A stretch of DNA of 64,000 nucleotides from an uncultured delta proteobacterium. Its GTDB lineage: Bacteria; Desulfobacterota; Zymogenia; Zymogenales; Zymogenaceae. The notes beneath the pieces were generated by a model. It was not told the origin of the DNA and ran no database searches. It saw nothing but the letters and a program-made list of their open reading frames with translations. Where the stretch lies: positions 544,001-608,000 of the forward strand of contig CAVTLK010000001.1 of the NCBI GenBank assembly GCA_963735595.1, written 5' to 3'. Within the stretch, counting starts at the first letter, position 1, and every line of letters starts with the position of its first letter. The translations under genes and the position numbers were made by a program. Shown piece by piece: positions 38,692 through 48,943 of the stretch.

Positions 38692-39795
38692 CTATCCTTC
38701 GATAATCGTCTCCTCTCTTATCTCTTTCTCGGTCCCGCCAAAGACGCCCGCGTCGATCTTCAGGTGTGCGTCGTCCAGGCTTTGAAGGAGCATCGTTTTC
38801 AACTCCGATAGGTCGCCCGGCCCCGATACCCGCCGGATGGTATCCCATAGGCTGGCAACCGCTTCCGTCGCACGGACCTTGAGATCAATGATAGAGGTGC
38901 CGGCAATAACGAATATCGTTGTAAACGTCCCTGTCTTTTTCAGCTCCTCCAGGAGCGTCGTGCGAAGGGCCGGGTGTCTCGTTCCCACGAAATCAAGAAA
39001 CGAGTTGACCGCGGACAGGAAAAACTCCTTTTGCGACTCCTCCTGCTTAATGATGTCAAAACCGACTTCGAGATCCATGAGCCGGGTCAGGAATTCAACA
39101 ACCAGGTCACCCCTGATCACGTCGCCGTGCTGAGGGGCTATAATATCGGGGATCGGATTCAGCAGGCCGATACGCTGGATTGCTTCGCGCAGCGCGCCCG
39201 TGGACGGCATATAGAGCTGATGGAAAATGGAAATACCGCTCCACGATTCCTCCGTCGCATAAATGCCGCTGCCTTTCCGGGTGTCTATCCCACCCAGAAG
39301 GTCACCCGAGAAGAGTATCCCGGACTCGAAATCATAGAACATCATCGCCCCCCGGAAGTGACAGAACTGCGCAGGGACGAATCGAACGCGATGTCCCGTC
39401 TTCCCAATCCTGAGAACCTTACTCTTGAAGTTCTCGACAGCATAGTAGCGGTTATCCTCTATGCCATACATCCTGACCAGTCGCCACGTGTCTATCGAGC
39501 AGACGATCTTGGCGGTAGGACTTCCCGTCAGAAATACGTTAATGTTGGAGGTAAGATCGGGGTCCTGGTGGGAAAGGAAGACCAGGTGGATGTTTTCGAT
39601 CCCGCGGGTCAGCTCCTTGAGTGCATCGATGACAAGGGCAATGTCCAAACGCGTGCCCGGATCGCAGATCATGTTAATGGACGATCCATCGCTTCCGAAA
39701 AAACGTTTCAGGTAAATATTGCGATGGAAATCCTTTTCATCACTTCTAAAAAGGAAAAAGTCCTTTCCAATTTCGTGTATCATTTCCTTTTTCAT
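38692..39795 (-). CDS. Metallo-beta-lactamase-fold protein of the ODP (oxygen-binding di-iron) type with C-terminal extension
   Basis: DPG, SHQDPD, QFCHFRG, FSGDL, FHQLYMP, APQHG motifs. Confidence 0.78.
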   Translation of the reverse strand: MKKEMIHEIGKDFFLFRSDEKDFHRNIYLKRFFGSDGSSINMICDPGTRLDIALVIDALKELTRGIENIHLVFLSHQDPDLTSNINVFLTGSPTAKIVCSIDTWRLVRMYGIEDNRYYAVENFKSKVLRIGKTGHRVRFVPAQFCHFRGAMMFYDFESGILFSGDLLGGIDTRKGSGIYATEESWSGISIFHQLYMPSTGALREAIQRIGLLNPIPDIIAPQHGDVIRGDLVVEFLTRLMDLEVGFDIIKQEESQKEFFLSAVNSFLDFVGTRHPALRTTLLEELKKTGTFTTIFVIAGTSIIDLKVRATEAVASLWDTIRRVSGPGDLSELKTMLLQSLDDAHLKIDAGVFGGTEKEIREETIIEG

Positions 39796-39954
39796 TTCCC
39801 CTTGTCTCCACTAACCCCTAACGGAGGGTGTAAATAGTATGCATGCCTAATGATATTCCGCCGACATTATGCGTCGGCAGGGTAAAACAATATCCGATTT
39901 TCTCATCTTATATTCTACCCCGTCTGCTAAATACAGTCAATCTAATCATAGGGG

Positions 39955-39983
39955 TTGACAGGATATCCCCCTCCTGTTATGGT
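39955..39983 (+). promoter_or_regulatory. Sigma70-type promoter for the MBL hydrolase
   Basis: TTGACA-17 nt-TATGGT with TGn extension; an ACAGGA-N8-TCCTGT inverted repeat overlaps the -35 and spacer. Confidence 0.6.
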
Positions 39984-40009
39984 ATTTTTCTACTACAGTA
40001 AGGACGACC

Positions 40010-40678
40010 ATGAAGATCACCGATAACCTCTTTGCCTACCCGTGGACGAGCATGTGGGAAAATAACTGCAACAGCTATTATATCGGGAGCGACGCCCGTG
40101 TCCTGATCGACCCCGGACTGCTGATGTCTTTCCCGGAGCTGGTAAAGGGACTGGCGCGTGACGGTATCGATACCGAGACAATCCGGCACGTCCTGATTAC
40201 CCATTCCCACCCCGACCACTTCGAAGCGATCGAGCGATTCTCAAACAATCCCGCGGTTGAGCTTCTCATGAGCGGGGCGGAAGCCCGTTTTATGGAAGAG
40301 GTCGGATTAAAATTCTATCCCGCCTTCGGCCTGGATGTGCCCGAATACCGCATTGACCGGGAACTGGAAGACGGGACGATTGAACTGGGCGGCGAGGAGT
40401 TTGAGGTAATCATTACCCCCGGGCACTCGCCGGGGTCTCTCTGTCTCTATTGGCCCAAAGAAAGGGCCCTTTTTTCAGGTGATCTTATCTTCAGCAGAAA
40501 CGTGGGGAGAACCGATTTTCCCGGCGGCGACGGCTCGCTCCTTAAGGAGAGCATCGAGCGTATCTCGCAGCTCGATATCGAGTACCTGCTGCCGGGGCAC
40601 ATGGAGATAGTCGTGGGAAGCGACGAAGTCAAGAGGAATTTCGATATCGTCAAGCGGTCGGTCTTTCCCTATCTATAG
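40010..40678 (+). CDS. MBL-fold metallo-hydrolase (glyoxalase II-like)
   Basis: THSHPDH, TPGHSPG, FSGD, GRTDFPGG, PGH. Confidence 0.9.
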   Translation: MKITDNLFAYPWTSMWENNCNSYYIGSDARVLIDPGLLMSFPELVKGLARDGIDTETIRHVLITHSHPDHFEAIERFSNNPAVELLMSGAEARFMEEVGLKFYPAFGLDVPEYRIDRELEDGTIELGGEEFEVIITPGHSPGSLCLYWPKERALFSGDLIFSRNVGRTDFPGGDGSLLKESIERISQLDIEYLLPGHMEIVVGSDEVKRNFDIVKRSVFPYL

Positions 40679-40800
40679 ATCAAAACAGCGGGTCCGCGAG
40701 CTACGCTCCCGAAACCGCGCCCGGATGTCCCTGGTCTTTAAATACGCGTGAGCCGCCGGATCCGTCATCCGGCGCGCGTCTCCCAACGTAACCGCGCCGG

Positions 40801-41778
40801 TCACTCCGTTCCGCTATCCCGCCTGACCTTGCTGATCCCCCCCCAGCATCCGATCCACACCGTCCCCTCCCGGTCAACCGCGACGGCTGTCACCCGGTCG
40901 TCCACAATACCGCTCTCCGTATTCAGAAACATCCACTCTTTGCCGTTATAGACACCAACCCCGCCGCCCCAAAAGCCGGCCCAGACGTTTCCCTTCATAT
41001 CCACGGCAACAGCGGTTACCTCGTTTGATACCAGGCCGTTTTTTACCGAGAACGTCTTCTTTACCTTCCCTCCCGACAGGAAAGCCAGTCCCCGGGCCGT
41101 CCCCACCCACGCGTTGCCGTCTGCATCGAACGCAATCGCCGACACAAGATTTGACGGAAGGCCGGACGCATCGTCGACGATGCTCAGCGCCGTCCCTTCA
41201 ATGATGCCGATCCCCATTTCGTAGGTACCGATCCAGAGTGAGGCCGTTGGGCTCTTGACGATCCTATTGACGACCGGAGTGAGCATGTCCTCGCCAAACC
41301 CGAGCTTGGCCCACCGCTTGCCGTTAAACACACCGATCCCGGAGTGGGTGCCTACCCAAATGGTGCCCTCCGGCCCCGCCGCAATATCGTATATAGTGTC
41401 GCTGGGAAGACCGTCCCTGGAGCGGTAGGTTTTCCAGGTCCCGTCAAATACCGACACCCCGTTCTGCGTCCCGAACCAGAGCCTCCCCGCATCGTCCCGG
41501 GTCATCGACGTTACCAGATCATCGGCGAGGCCGTCCTTCTCCCGGTAGATCGTTACGCCCGTGTCGTATTTCAACACGCCGCCCTCGGTGCATATCCAGA
41601 CCGCTCCATCCATGCAGTATATGTTCGTTACGGCGTTCTGATCCTTGGCCTTGCTGACGATATTTTCTACGCGTATCGTATCCTGGGCAATAGCGGCGGA
41701 CGTACAGACACCAATGACCAGTGATATACAGACGACGTACGCTATCCGCCAAAATACGGTGCTCTTCTTCAGCGGCAT
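40801..41778 (-). CDS. Exported beta-propeller protein (two-component regulator propeller repeats)
   Basis: Signal peptide plus repeated GL.S..V.....D..G.LW.GT..G units. Confidence 0.85.
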   Translation of the reverse strand: MPLKKSTVFWRIAYVVCISLVIGVCTSAAIAQDTIRVENIVSKAKDQNAVTNIYCMDGAVWICTEGGVLKYDTGVTIYREKDGLADDLVTSMTRDDAGRLWFGTQNGVSVFDGTWKTYRSRDGLPSDTIYDIAAGPEGTIWVGTHSGIGVFNGKRWAKLGFGEDMLTPVVNRIVKSPTASLWIGTYEMGIGIIEGTALSIVDDASGLPSNLVSAIAFDADGNAWVGTARGLAFLSGGKVKKTFSVKNGLVSNEVTAVAVDMKGNVWAGFWGGGVGVYNGKEWMFLNTESGIVDDRVTAVAVDREGTVWIGCWGGISKVRRDSGTE

Positions 41779-41855
41779 GCCGGACTCCAGTCGGTAAAAA
41801 GAATTCTATAGTAACAGAACAGATTACTATGAGTCAAGGAATGGTTTTTGTTGGA

Positions 41856-42740
41856 TCAAGAGCGGGGATGGTACTTTTTGTGGACCTGTTTGAGCCTCGT
41901 CCGGTCGACGTGCGTGTATATCTCGGTGGTGGCTATGTCGGCGTGGCCCAGCATCATCTGAACCGACCTCAGGTCCGCCCCCCCCGAAAGGAGGTGGGTG
42001 GCAAAGGAATGTCTGAAGGTATGAGGGCCGATCTCTTTCTTGATATTGAGCGCCAGTGCGTAGGCTTTAATCGTCCGCCAGAAAAATTGACGCGACAACC
42101 CCGCCCCCCGCCTGTTGAGAAAGACGAGGTTAGTGCCCTTTCCCCGGTCCAGGAGGGGCCGCGCCTGGGTCAGGTAGCGGTTCAGCCAGGAGAGCGCCTC
42201 TGTCCCGAGGGGGACGACGCGTTCCTTGTTCCCCTTGCCGGTTACGATCAGGAATCCCGCATCCAGGTTTATTCGATCTCGGACGAGGCCGAGCAGTTCC
42301 GAGACCCTGAGGCCGCAGGCATAAAGTACCTCGATCATCGCCCGATCCCGCATTCCCCAGGGCGTCGTCAGCGACGGCACAGAAAGGAGCTGCTGCACCT
42401 CGCGGTACGTGAGATATTCCGGGAGTCTCTTCGTGAATTTCGGCGTCTCCAGAAGCTCCATCGGGTTTTTCGGAATATCCCCCTCCCGGACGAGAAAGGT
42501 GAAAAACGAGCGGATCGAGCTCATAAATCTGGCCCGGCTCCTGAGCGAAGTGCGCGGGCAGCCGAACTCGATAAACGAGGTGATATGGCCCTCTTCAACC
42601 GCGGACGGTTCGGAGATCCCGTTTTCGATAAGGAACGATGAGAAGCGGGCGAGATCGCTCGAGTAGGCCCAGATGGTATGCCGGGAGAGGGCCCGCTCCA
42701 CACCGAGGTGCCGGAGAAACCGGTCGATCTGCTCGTTCAT
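41856..42740 (-). CDS. xerD: Site-specific tyrosine recombinase XerD
   Basis: RDRAMIEVLYACGLRVSEL, GKGNKER, PHTFRHSFATHLL.GGADLRSVQMMLGHADIATTEIYTHV, YHPR. Confidence 0.93.
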   Translation of the reverse strand: MNEQIDRFLRHLGVERALSRHTIWAYSSDLARFSSFLIENGISEPSAVEEGHITSFIEFGCPRTSLRSRARFMSSIRSFFTFLVREGDIPKNPMELLETPKFTKRLPEYLTYREVQQLLSVPSLTTPWGMRDRAMIEVLYACGLRVSELLGLVRDRINLDAGFLIVTGKGNKERVVPLGTEALSWLNRYLTQARPLLDRGKGTNLVFLNRRGAGLSRQFFWRTIKAYALALNIKKEIGPHTFRHSFATHLLSGGADLRSVQMMLGHADIATTEIYTHVDRTRLKQVHKKYHPRS

Positions 42741-42741
42741 G

Positions 42742-44466
42742 TCAGCCCCCGGCCCGGACAACGCTCGTCTCCTTGATGTATCGCTGGACCCCGTTGAAGA
42801 TTCCCCGCGCCAGCGACTTGAGATAGTCGTCGGTCATAAGCCGCTTCTCTTCCCGCCTGTTTGAGATGTAGGAACACTCCACCAATATCGAGGGCATTTG
42901 GGCGCCCACCAGGACCCAGAACGGCCCCTGACAGACACCGATGCTGTTTATGGTATCGTATCCCTTTTTTACCGAATTGACCATACCTTCCTGGACGAAT
43001 TTCGCGAGCAGGCTCGACTCATTGCGCTTGGCCGAAACCACCAGATCCGTGAGGATATAGTCAAGCTCGGATAGCTCCTCGATCGTCGTATCGTTCTCCC
43101 TTGCGGCCACGGTAAGCGCCTTCTTATCGGAGGTAACCGCCAGGTAGTAGGTGCTGACACCGTAGGGGTTTCGGCTCGTGCTCGCGTTGTTATGGATCGA
43201 TATAAAAAGGTCGGCGCCCTTGTCGTTGGCGACGGCCGTCCTCTTTTTGAGGTCGAGGTATGTATCACCGCTTCGAGTCATAATCACCGTCAGGCCCAGC
43301 TCCTTTTCGAGGTATTCCTTCAGGTAGAGCGCGATCTTGAGGTTGGCCTTTTTTTCATAGTATCCGGTCGGCCCGACGGCTCCCGGATCCTTGCCGCCGT
43401 GGCCCGGGTCAATGACCACAACCTTGATCGTCTTTGAATAAGTCTTGTCCGACGCGTCGTGGGTACCGGTTATCGTGTTTGCATCATCGGACGCCTCGCC
43501 GCTCCAATGTGAGTCGTAGACGTCGATGACAATCCGGTTGGGTCCTGAGAGCGCGAACACCCGATACGTTGAGGCGGCATTTGGAGAAAGCAGAACCCGT
43601 AAGGGATTCGATTTCGCATTGATGCTGATTGTCTTGACTATCCCTCCGGAAATAGGACAATCTCCGGGAACCCCCGCACCCAGAACACCGCCGGGTATTT
43701 CTATATAGATCGGCGACGCGCCCGTTTCCATTGCGCCGTCCTTGACCCTGCCGTGTGAGTAGTCGGCCGCCGCCGATATATCGAGCACCACCCGGGTGTG
43801 GTCGGTCGAATTAAAACTTCTTACCCCGGTGATCCGGGTGGTTTCCTTGGCCGGGCTTTCCTTACCGGGCATACTGTCCTTTTTTGAGATGCCGCTGGTA
43901 ATCGTATCGCAATCGGAAGTCGCAGCATATTCCCCGAGTTCCTTGAGCCGTGCCTTGGCCTTGGGGGCCATATCTCCGGACGGATACGAGGTCGTGATCA
44001 GCCGATACCAGCAGTAGGCCTGTTTCGGGTCCTTAAAATCGCTGCGCGTGATTTCCGCTATTTCGTATACTGCATCGTCTGCCAGCATGCTGCCGGGATA
44101 ATCCCGAACCAACCGTTCAAACGCCTCGACCGCTTTTTCGAGGTCTTTCTTGGCCCATGAGCGCTCATAGAGGCGTCCGTAGAGTATACCTGTCATATAG
44201 CCGGCGTCATCCGCCCGCTCATGAGACGGGTATTCGAGGTATACGGTGCCGAACGATTCGATTACGGAAAGCCAGCAGTCCCTGCGCGAGAGTTGCTTCT
44301 CCGACGCGTTGAGCAGGGCCAGCTTTTTCTTGGCGGATTCATAAGCGCCGGCGCCGTCCTCGGCGCCGGTCGATACCACCGGCGGAAAAGAGACGAGCAG
44401 CGTCGCGGCGGCAACAATGATACAGAACCATCGAATGGGCGATCGGCGGGCCATATTTTTATTCAA
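42742..44466 (-). CDS. N-acetylmuramoyl-L-alanine amidase (TPR-like, AMIN, Amidase_3)
   Basis: VVIDPGHGGKDPGA, EK..NL, FISIHNNA, PSILVECSYISN; AMIN domain (PNRIVIDV). Confidence 0.93.
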   Translation of the reverse strand: MNKNMARRSPIRWFCIIVAAATLLVSFPPVVSTGAEDGAGAYESAKKKLALLNASEKQLSRRDCWLSVIESFGTVYLEYPSHERADDAGYMTGILYGRLYERSWAKKDLEKAVEAFERLVRDYPGSMLADDAVYEIAEITRSDFKDPKQAYCWYRLITTSYPSGDMAPKAKARLKELGEYAATSDCDTITSGISKKDSMPGKESPAKETTRITGVRSFNSTDHTRVVLDISAAADYSHGRVKDGAMETGASPIYIEIPGGVLGAGVPGDCPISGGIVKTISINAKSNPLRVLLSPNAASTYRVFALSGPNRIVIDVYDSHWSGEASDDANTITGTHDASDKTYSKTIKVVVIDPGHGGKDPGAVGPTGYYEKKANLKIALYLKEYLEKELGLTVIMTRSGDTYLDLKKRTAVANDKGADLFISIHNNASTSRNPYGVSTYYLAVTSDKKALTVAARENDTTIEELSELDYILTDLVVSAKRNESSLLAKFVQEGMVNSVKKGYDTINSIGVCQGPFWVLVGAQMPSILVECSYISNRREEKRLMTDDYLKSLARGIFNGVQRYIKETSVVRAGG

Positions 44467-44576
44467 TTATATCTTAATTTACTTATTATATGCATAATTA
44501 TACTATGATAACTCATATCTTTCAAGTATTTTTTTCACTTTTTGACTTTTCGTCTGATGTATGGTAGGGTATCGCC

Positions 44577-45002
44577 ATGTCTCGAGAGTACCCTGCCCGC
44601 CCCATCCTGGGCGTTGGAGCGGTGGTCGTCAGCGACGGCCGTGCGCTCCTGATCAAACGCGGCAAAGAGCCGGCCAAGGACGTATGGAGTATTCCCGGCG
44701 GAATGGTGGAGATCGGGGAGACGATTCACGATGCGGTTGTCCGTGAGATCAGGGAGGAAACGGGGCTCGAAATCGAGGTCGGCGACCGGCTCTCGACCCT
44801 GGAACGGATATTCAGGGATGATTCCGGACGCGTGAGATATCATTACGTCCTGATCGACTACCGCGCGGTACCTATTGGGGGGACGCTCGCCGCATCCAGC
44901 GACGCCACCGAGGCCGCATTCTTTACAGCCCGTCAACTGGGGCAATTGGGCCTTGCCGACGTTACCGCCCAGGTGGTGGCCCGTGCACTGGACGGCCGTT
45001 GA
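44577..45002 (+). CDS. NUDIX hydrolase
   Basis: WSIPGGMVEIGE...VREIREETGL NUDIX box. Confidence 0.92.
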   Translation: MSREYPARPILGVGAVVVSDGRALLIKRGKEPAKDVWSIPGGMVEIGETIHDAVVREIREETGLEIEVGDRLSTLERIFRDDSGRVRYHYVLIDYRAVPIGGTLAASSDATEAAFFTARQLGQLGLADVTAQVVARALDGR

Positions 45003-45057
45003 ACTCATGCCACGGAACATTTCCGGCCCGTTTGGGTCAAATAGATAGGATGACCCC

Positions 45058-45645
45058 GTGACTCAAAGAGAGTGGGACAGTCGTGACGAAGCCGAGCTGA
45101 TCGCCGCATCCCAGACGGGAGACCATGACGCGTTCGGGTTCCTCATGAGACTCTATAAGGACCGCGTCTTCAATACGGCGCTGCGTTTCGTCGGAAACTG
45201 GGCCATCGCCGAGGAGCTGACCCAGGATATCTTTATTTCGGTCTATCGGAACATCGGGGGGTTCAAAGGCGAATCAAAGTTTTCCACCTGGCTCTATCGC
45301 GTTACGGTGAATCACGCAAAGAACCGTATCGGGTATATGTCCCGAAAGGGGTATTTCAGGAGCGATGAGCTTTCCGACAATACCGGCGGAGACGGCGTAT
45401 GGGCCCTCACCGGCAGGACGTCAAATCCCGGAGAGTACGCCGAAGACAAGGAGCTGATCGGCATTCTCATGGAATGCTTCAAGAAGCTTTCGGACAACGA
45501 TCGGCGCATCATCACCCTCAAAGATTTCGAGGGATTGAACTACGATGAAATCGCCGGGGTCCTGGAGATTAATCTCGGTACGGTAAAATCGCGGCTATCT
45601 CGCGCGCGGGACCGCCTGAAAGAGATGATGAAGGAATACCTGTGA
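45058..45645 (+). CDS. ECF sigma factor (RpoE-like)
   Basis: AEELTQDIF, SKFSTWLYRVTVN, YDEIA..L.INLGTVKSRLSRAR. Confidence 0.93.
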   Translation: MTQREWDSRDEAELIAASQTGDHDAFGFLMRLYKDRVFNTALRFVGNWAIAEELTQDIFISVYRNIGGFKGESKFSTWLYRVTVNHAKNRIGYMSRKGYFRSDELSDNTGGDGVWALTGRTSNPGEYAEDKELIGILMECFKKLSDNDRRIITLKDFEGLNYDEIAGVLEINLGTVKSRLSRARDRLKEMMKEYL

Positions 45646-45705
45646 TCGAGCCGCACGGCCGGCGCAGGTTTTACATTTGATATACCTTCGTATGACTATT
45701 GACGT

Positions 45706-46758
45706 ATGGACAGAGACCTAAAACGGGCAAAGATGCTTATTTCGCTGGTCCACGACGGCGAGCTCACCGACGAGGAGCACCGTTTTCTCGAACGGGCGGT
45801 TCTCCGTTATCCGGAGCTTAAGCTCGAGATCTACCAGTACGAGCGTCTCCACGACCTTCTGGGCATGGCACCGGCGGCAACCGCGCCTGCGGATGTCGAG
45901 CGCCGCGTCCTCGAGGCCATCCGGCCCCAACAGCTTACCGCTACTCCGGGCAGGGTCATACCCTTTGCCCGTTGGAGGTTTCCCGTCGAGGTCGCCGGCG
46001 CCGTGGCGACGGCCGTCATCCTCGTCTTTGTGGTCCTCATCTCATACCCCCGGCTGATGGGCACCGGCAGTAAAATGGCGGTCCTCCCTCATGATGCGGC
46101 CGGGACTTCGACCGCTTCCACGGTCATGCCTGATTCGACGCCGGCGGCCGCCGAAGACGTGGCTCTGGTCCCCCATACCGGCGAAGACAAATCAAGCGAC
46201 CCCCTCCTGATGGGCGAAATGGACGATACTATCCACCCTGCCCCCGGGGTTGACAAGAAAACCTTTTCCTCGGAAATTAGTCCATTCGGGACTGTAACCT
46301 CCGCCGGGGTGACCGCGGAGAAGGTCTCCAAGATCATCGTCCCCACGCGGGATGCCCTGCTGTCAGCCGCAAAGAAAGAGGCACCGATGATTTCCACGAC
46401 GTTCATATCCTCTCCCTCGGAAGAGCTTGTGCTTCCCACCATCCTCCTGATCTACCATAATGATCCAATGAAGGCGCAAAAAGATATCATGGATAAGGCG
46501 GTATCCCTGGGAGGGACTGTCACAAGAATGGAGATGGAGTATTTCAAGGGAAAAGACGAAGGCAAGACCGACGTGGACGCGGAGACGACGGAGGAAGAAG
46601 ACCAGGGAGAGATGATCAGCCTTCCGCCCGAAAAGGTCGGCGAGCTGCTCGATTACCTCGTTTCCCGGTATCCCGGGATAGACAAAGAGGTCGGTGACAT
46701 CAGGGCCAACAAGGCATCCCTATTTATCAGGATCGATGTCGTCCCGACCATCCAGTAG
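45706..46758 (+). CDS. Probable membrane-anchored anti-sigma factor
   Basis: Immediately follows the ECF sigma; ISLVHDGELT N-terminus, single TM segment, periplasmic tail. Confidence 0.7.
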   Translation: MDRDLKRAKMLISLVHDGELTDEEHRFLERAVLRYPELKLEIYQYERLHDLLGMAPAATAPADVERRVLEAIRPQQLTATPGRVIPFARWRFPVEVAGAVATAVILVFVVLISYPRLMGTGSKMAVLPHDAAGTSTASTVMPDSTPAAAEDVALVPHTGEDKSSDPLLMGEMDDTIHPAPGVDKKTFSSEISPFGTVTSAGVTAEKVSKIIVPTRDALLSAAKKEAPMISTTFISSPSEELVLPTILLIYHNDPMKAQKDIMDKAVSLGGTVTRMEMEYFKGKDEGKTDVDAETTEEEDQGEMISLPPEKVGELLDYLVSRYPGIDKEVGDIRANKASLFIRIDVVPTIQ

Positions 46759-46760
46759 AT

Positions 46761-47249
46761 TCAGATATCCCGAACCATGATAAGAGCGTTTTCCTTCGTG
46801 TCGGTATAGTATCCCTTCCGCGTATACACGATGCGAAACCCCATCTTCTTGTAGAGGCCGATGCCGGCATCGTTATGCTCCCTCACCTCAAGAAAGACGT
46901 ATTTCCCTCCGAGCTGTTTGGCGGCGTCGAGTGAGCGTTCGATGATCTCAGTACCGAAGCCGAACCTCCTCAGGTCTCTGCGCACGGCAATGCTCATGAT
47001 GTGCACCTCACCCTCAATCAACCAGAATACAATATAACCCGCCACGCCCCCCCCAAAATCGAAAACATACCGGTGGGAGAACTCGAGCTCGAATTCCCGC
47101 ATAAAGATCCCCATTGTCCATGGGGTGGGAAACGACGACTCCTCGATTTGCATCACGTCGTCGAGGTCCTCAACGCCCATCGGCTTCATCTCCAGATCGC
47201 GGGCATCGGGACGGACGCCGGGCTGATGACGGCTGCTCTTCACGTTCAC
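46761..47249 (-). CDS. rimI: Ribosomal protein S18 alanine N-acetyltransferase
   Basis: SFPTPW, HIMSIAV, FLEVREHN, RKGYY..TKENALIM. Confidence 0.9.
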   Translation of the reverse strand: MNVKSSRHQPGVRPDARDLEMKPMGVEDLDDVMQIEESSFPTPWTMGIFMREFELEFSHRYVFDFGGGVAGYIVFWLIEGEVHIMSIAVRRDLRRFGFGTEIIERSLDAAKQLGGKYVFLEVREHNDAGIGLYKKMGFRIVYTRKGYYTDTKENALIMVRDI

Positions 47250-47301
47250 ATATCCCTGTGGTGTCGGTTCTGGTCGTTAACTCGTTGATTCGTGCGCGGC
47301 A

Positions 47302-47904
47302 TTATGTGGACTTCATCACGATAGACAGAATAATATTCGCGGCCTCGTCGCCCCGATCGGCGCAATTCGACAGGTGCCGATAGACCTCCCGCATCTTGAG
47401 CATATAGATCGGGTCGGTTCCCTTGAAAAGATCGGAGAGCGCCCGATGGTAGGCCTTCTCCATATCGTTTTCAAGCTTCTTGGCCCTCACGGCATGGTCG
47501 TTGGCGATATTCGGGTATTCCTTGAGGTATTTGATCGCGTTCACGAGCTCTTCATAGGCCAGGATCATAATGTCGATCATATTCCTGATATGCTCATCGG
47601 CCGAAAGCTCATAGGCCGTCATCTCGATGACGGTATTGTCCGCGTAATCCATGACATCGTCGAGCGCGCGGGAGAGCTGGAAGATATCCTCCCGATCGAT
47701 CGGTGTAGCGAATGTGCGGTTGAGCTCGGCGATAATGATCCTGCGGTGCTCATCGGCCTCCTTTTCGAGGGTTTTAACGGCCTGGGCGCAGTCGCTGCAC
47801 TGGTCGGTCGCATACCCCTTGAGCGCCTTGACGCCTTCCAGGACTTTCTCCGACTGTTTGCTGAGAAGCGAATAGAAATCGGGTTTCTTTTTAAAAAAGT
47901 TCAT
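47302..47904 (-). CDS. DUF47 phosphate transport regulator
   Basis: EKEADEHRR, TFATPIDREDI, LDDVMD; follows the Pit gene. Confidence 0.9.
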   Translation of the reverse strand: MNFFKKKPDFYSLLSKQSEKVLEGVKALKGYATDQCSDCAQAVKTLEKEADEHRRIIIAELNRTFATPIDREDIFQLSRALDDVMDYADNTVIEMTAYELSADEHIRNMIDIMILAYEELVNAIKYLKEYPNIANDHAVRAKKLENDMEKAYHRALSDLFKGTDPIYMLKMREVYRHLSNCADRGDEAANIILSIVMKST

Positions 47905-48943
47905 GGATCTCCCGTATCGTTATGTAGATGATGCCTCCGGCTATGGCAGTGAAGGGAAACGTAATAGCCCAGGTCGATACGATCCTGCCGACCATATTCC
48001 ATTTGACGGCCGATATCCTCTGCGCCGCTCCGGCGCCCACAACCGACGACGAGATCACCTGCGTGGTGCTCATCGGAAATCCGAAAATAGCCGACGCGTA
48101 CACGATGGCCGCCGACGCCGTCTGCGCGGAGAAACCGTGCACCGACCGGATACGGTAGATCTTCGCGCCGAGGGTCTTCATCGTCCGGTATCCGCCCGTT
48201 AAAATCCCGATGAATATCGCCGCGGCACAACTGATCCTCACCCAGGCCGGCACGGACACATCCGGTCCACCCCCGAAGAAAGGGGACATCTCAGCCGGAT
48301 ACAGCCGATACATGATGAAAAGGCCCAGGGTCAAAATACCCACGGTTTTCTGCGCGTCGTTTGCCCCGTAGGCCACCGAGATAGCCGACGAACTGAGGAG
48401 CTGTAACCGTTCAAAGAACCGTCTTACCGTTCCCGGGGACTGTGCCCCGAATAGTCGCAGCGCACCCCTGGTCAATAGGTATCCGAAAAGAAGCCCCACG
48501 AAGGGTGAGATCAACAATACGAGCAGCATCTCGACGATGAATACCCAGTGGAGGGCATCCGGGCCGGCCGAAATCAGCGTTGGGCCCAGCAGGCCGCCGA
48601 TCAGGGCGTGCGTCGAACTGGTGGGTATGCCCCGTATACCGGCAACCACGTTCCAGAGCAGCGCCGAAACAAGCGCCGACCAGATCACGAGCAGATCCAG
48701 GCGCTCTGGATCGGCGATCCCCCGGACGAAGGTCAGGGCCACCGCCGTCGGCAGGAGGAGCGCGCCGAGGGCTGAAAAGATCGCGACGAGTACGAGGGCC
48801 CATCCCGGCGCGACCGCCCCGGTATATACCAGAGTGGCGACAATCGACCCGGAATCATTGAAGCCCTGGACATACTGGAAGAGCAGCGAAACCGCCGCCA
48901 ACCCACAGATAAGTATCAGGACGCTTGATACGGGCAAACCCAT
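47891..48943 (-). CDS. Inorganic phosphate transporter (PiT family)
   Basis: GFNDS, PTSSTHALIGG, GANDAQKT, PMSTTQVISS. Confidence 0.92.
   Translation of the reverse strand: MGLPVSSVLILICGLAAVSLLFQYVQGFNDSGSIVATLVYTGAVAPGWALVLVAIFSALGALLLPTAVALTFVRGIADPERLDLLVIWSALVSALLWNVVAGIRGIPTSSTHALIGGLLGPTLISAGPDALHWVFIVEMLLVLLISPFVGLLFGYLLTRGALRLFGAQSPGTVRRFFERLQLLSSSAISVAYGANDAQKTVGILTLGLFIMYRLYPAEMSPFFGGGPDVSVPAWVRISCAAAIFIGILTGGYRTMKTLGAKIYRIRSVHGFSAQTASAAIVYASAIFGFPMSTTQVISSSVVGAGAAQRISAVKWNMVGRIVSTWAITFPFTAIAGGIIYITIREIHELF

Noticed and set aside
41856..42740. Tyrosine recombinase as a possible prophage or island integrase
   Set aside because: It has XerD-specific motifs and sits among housekeeping genes; no att repeats or mobile genes were seen.
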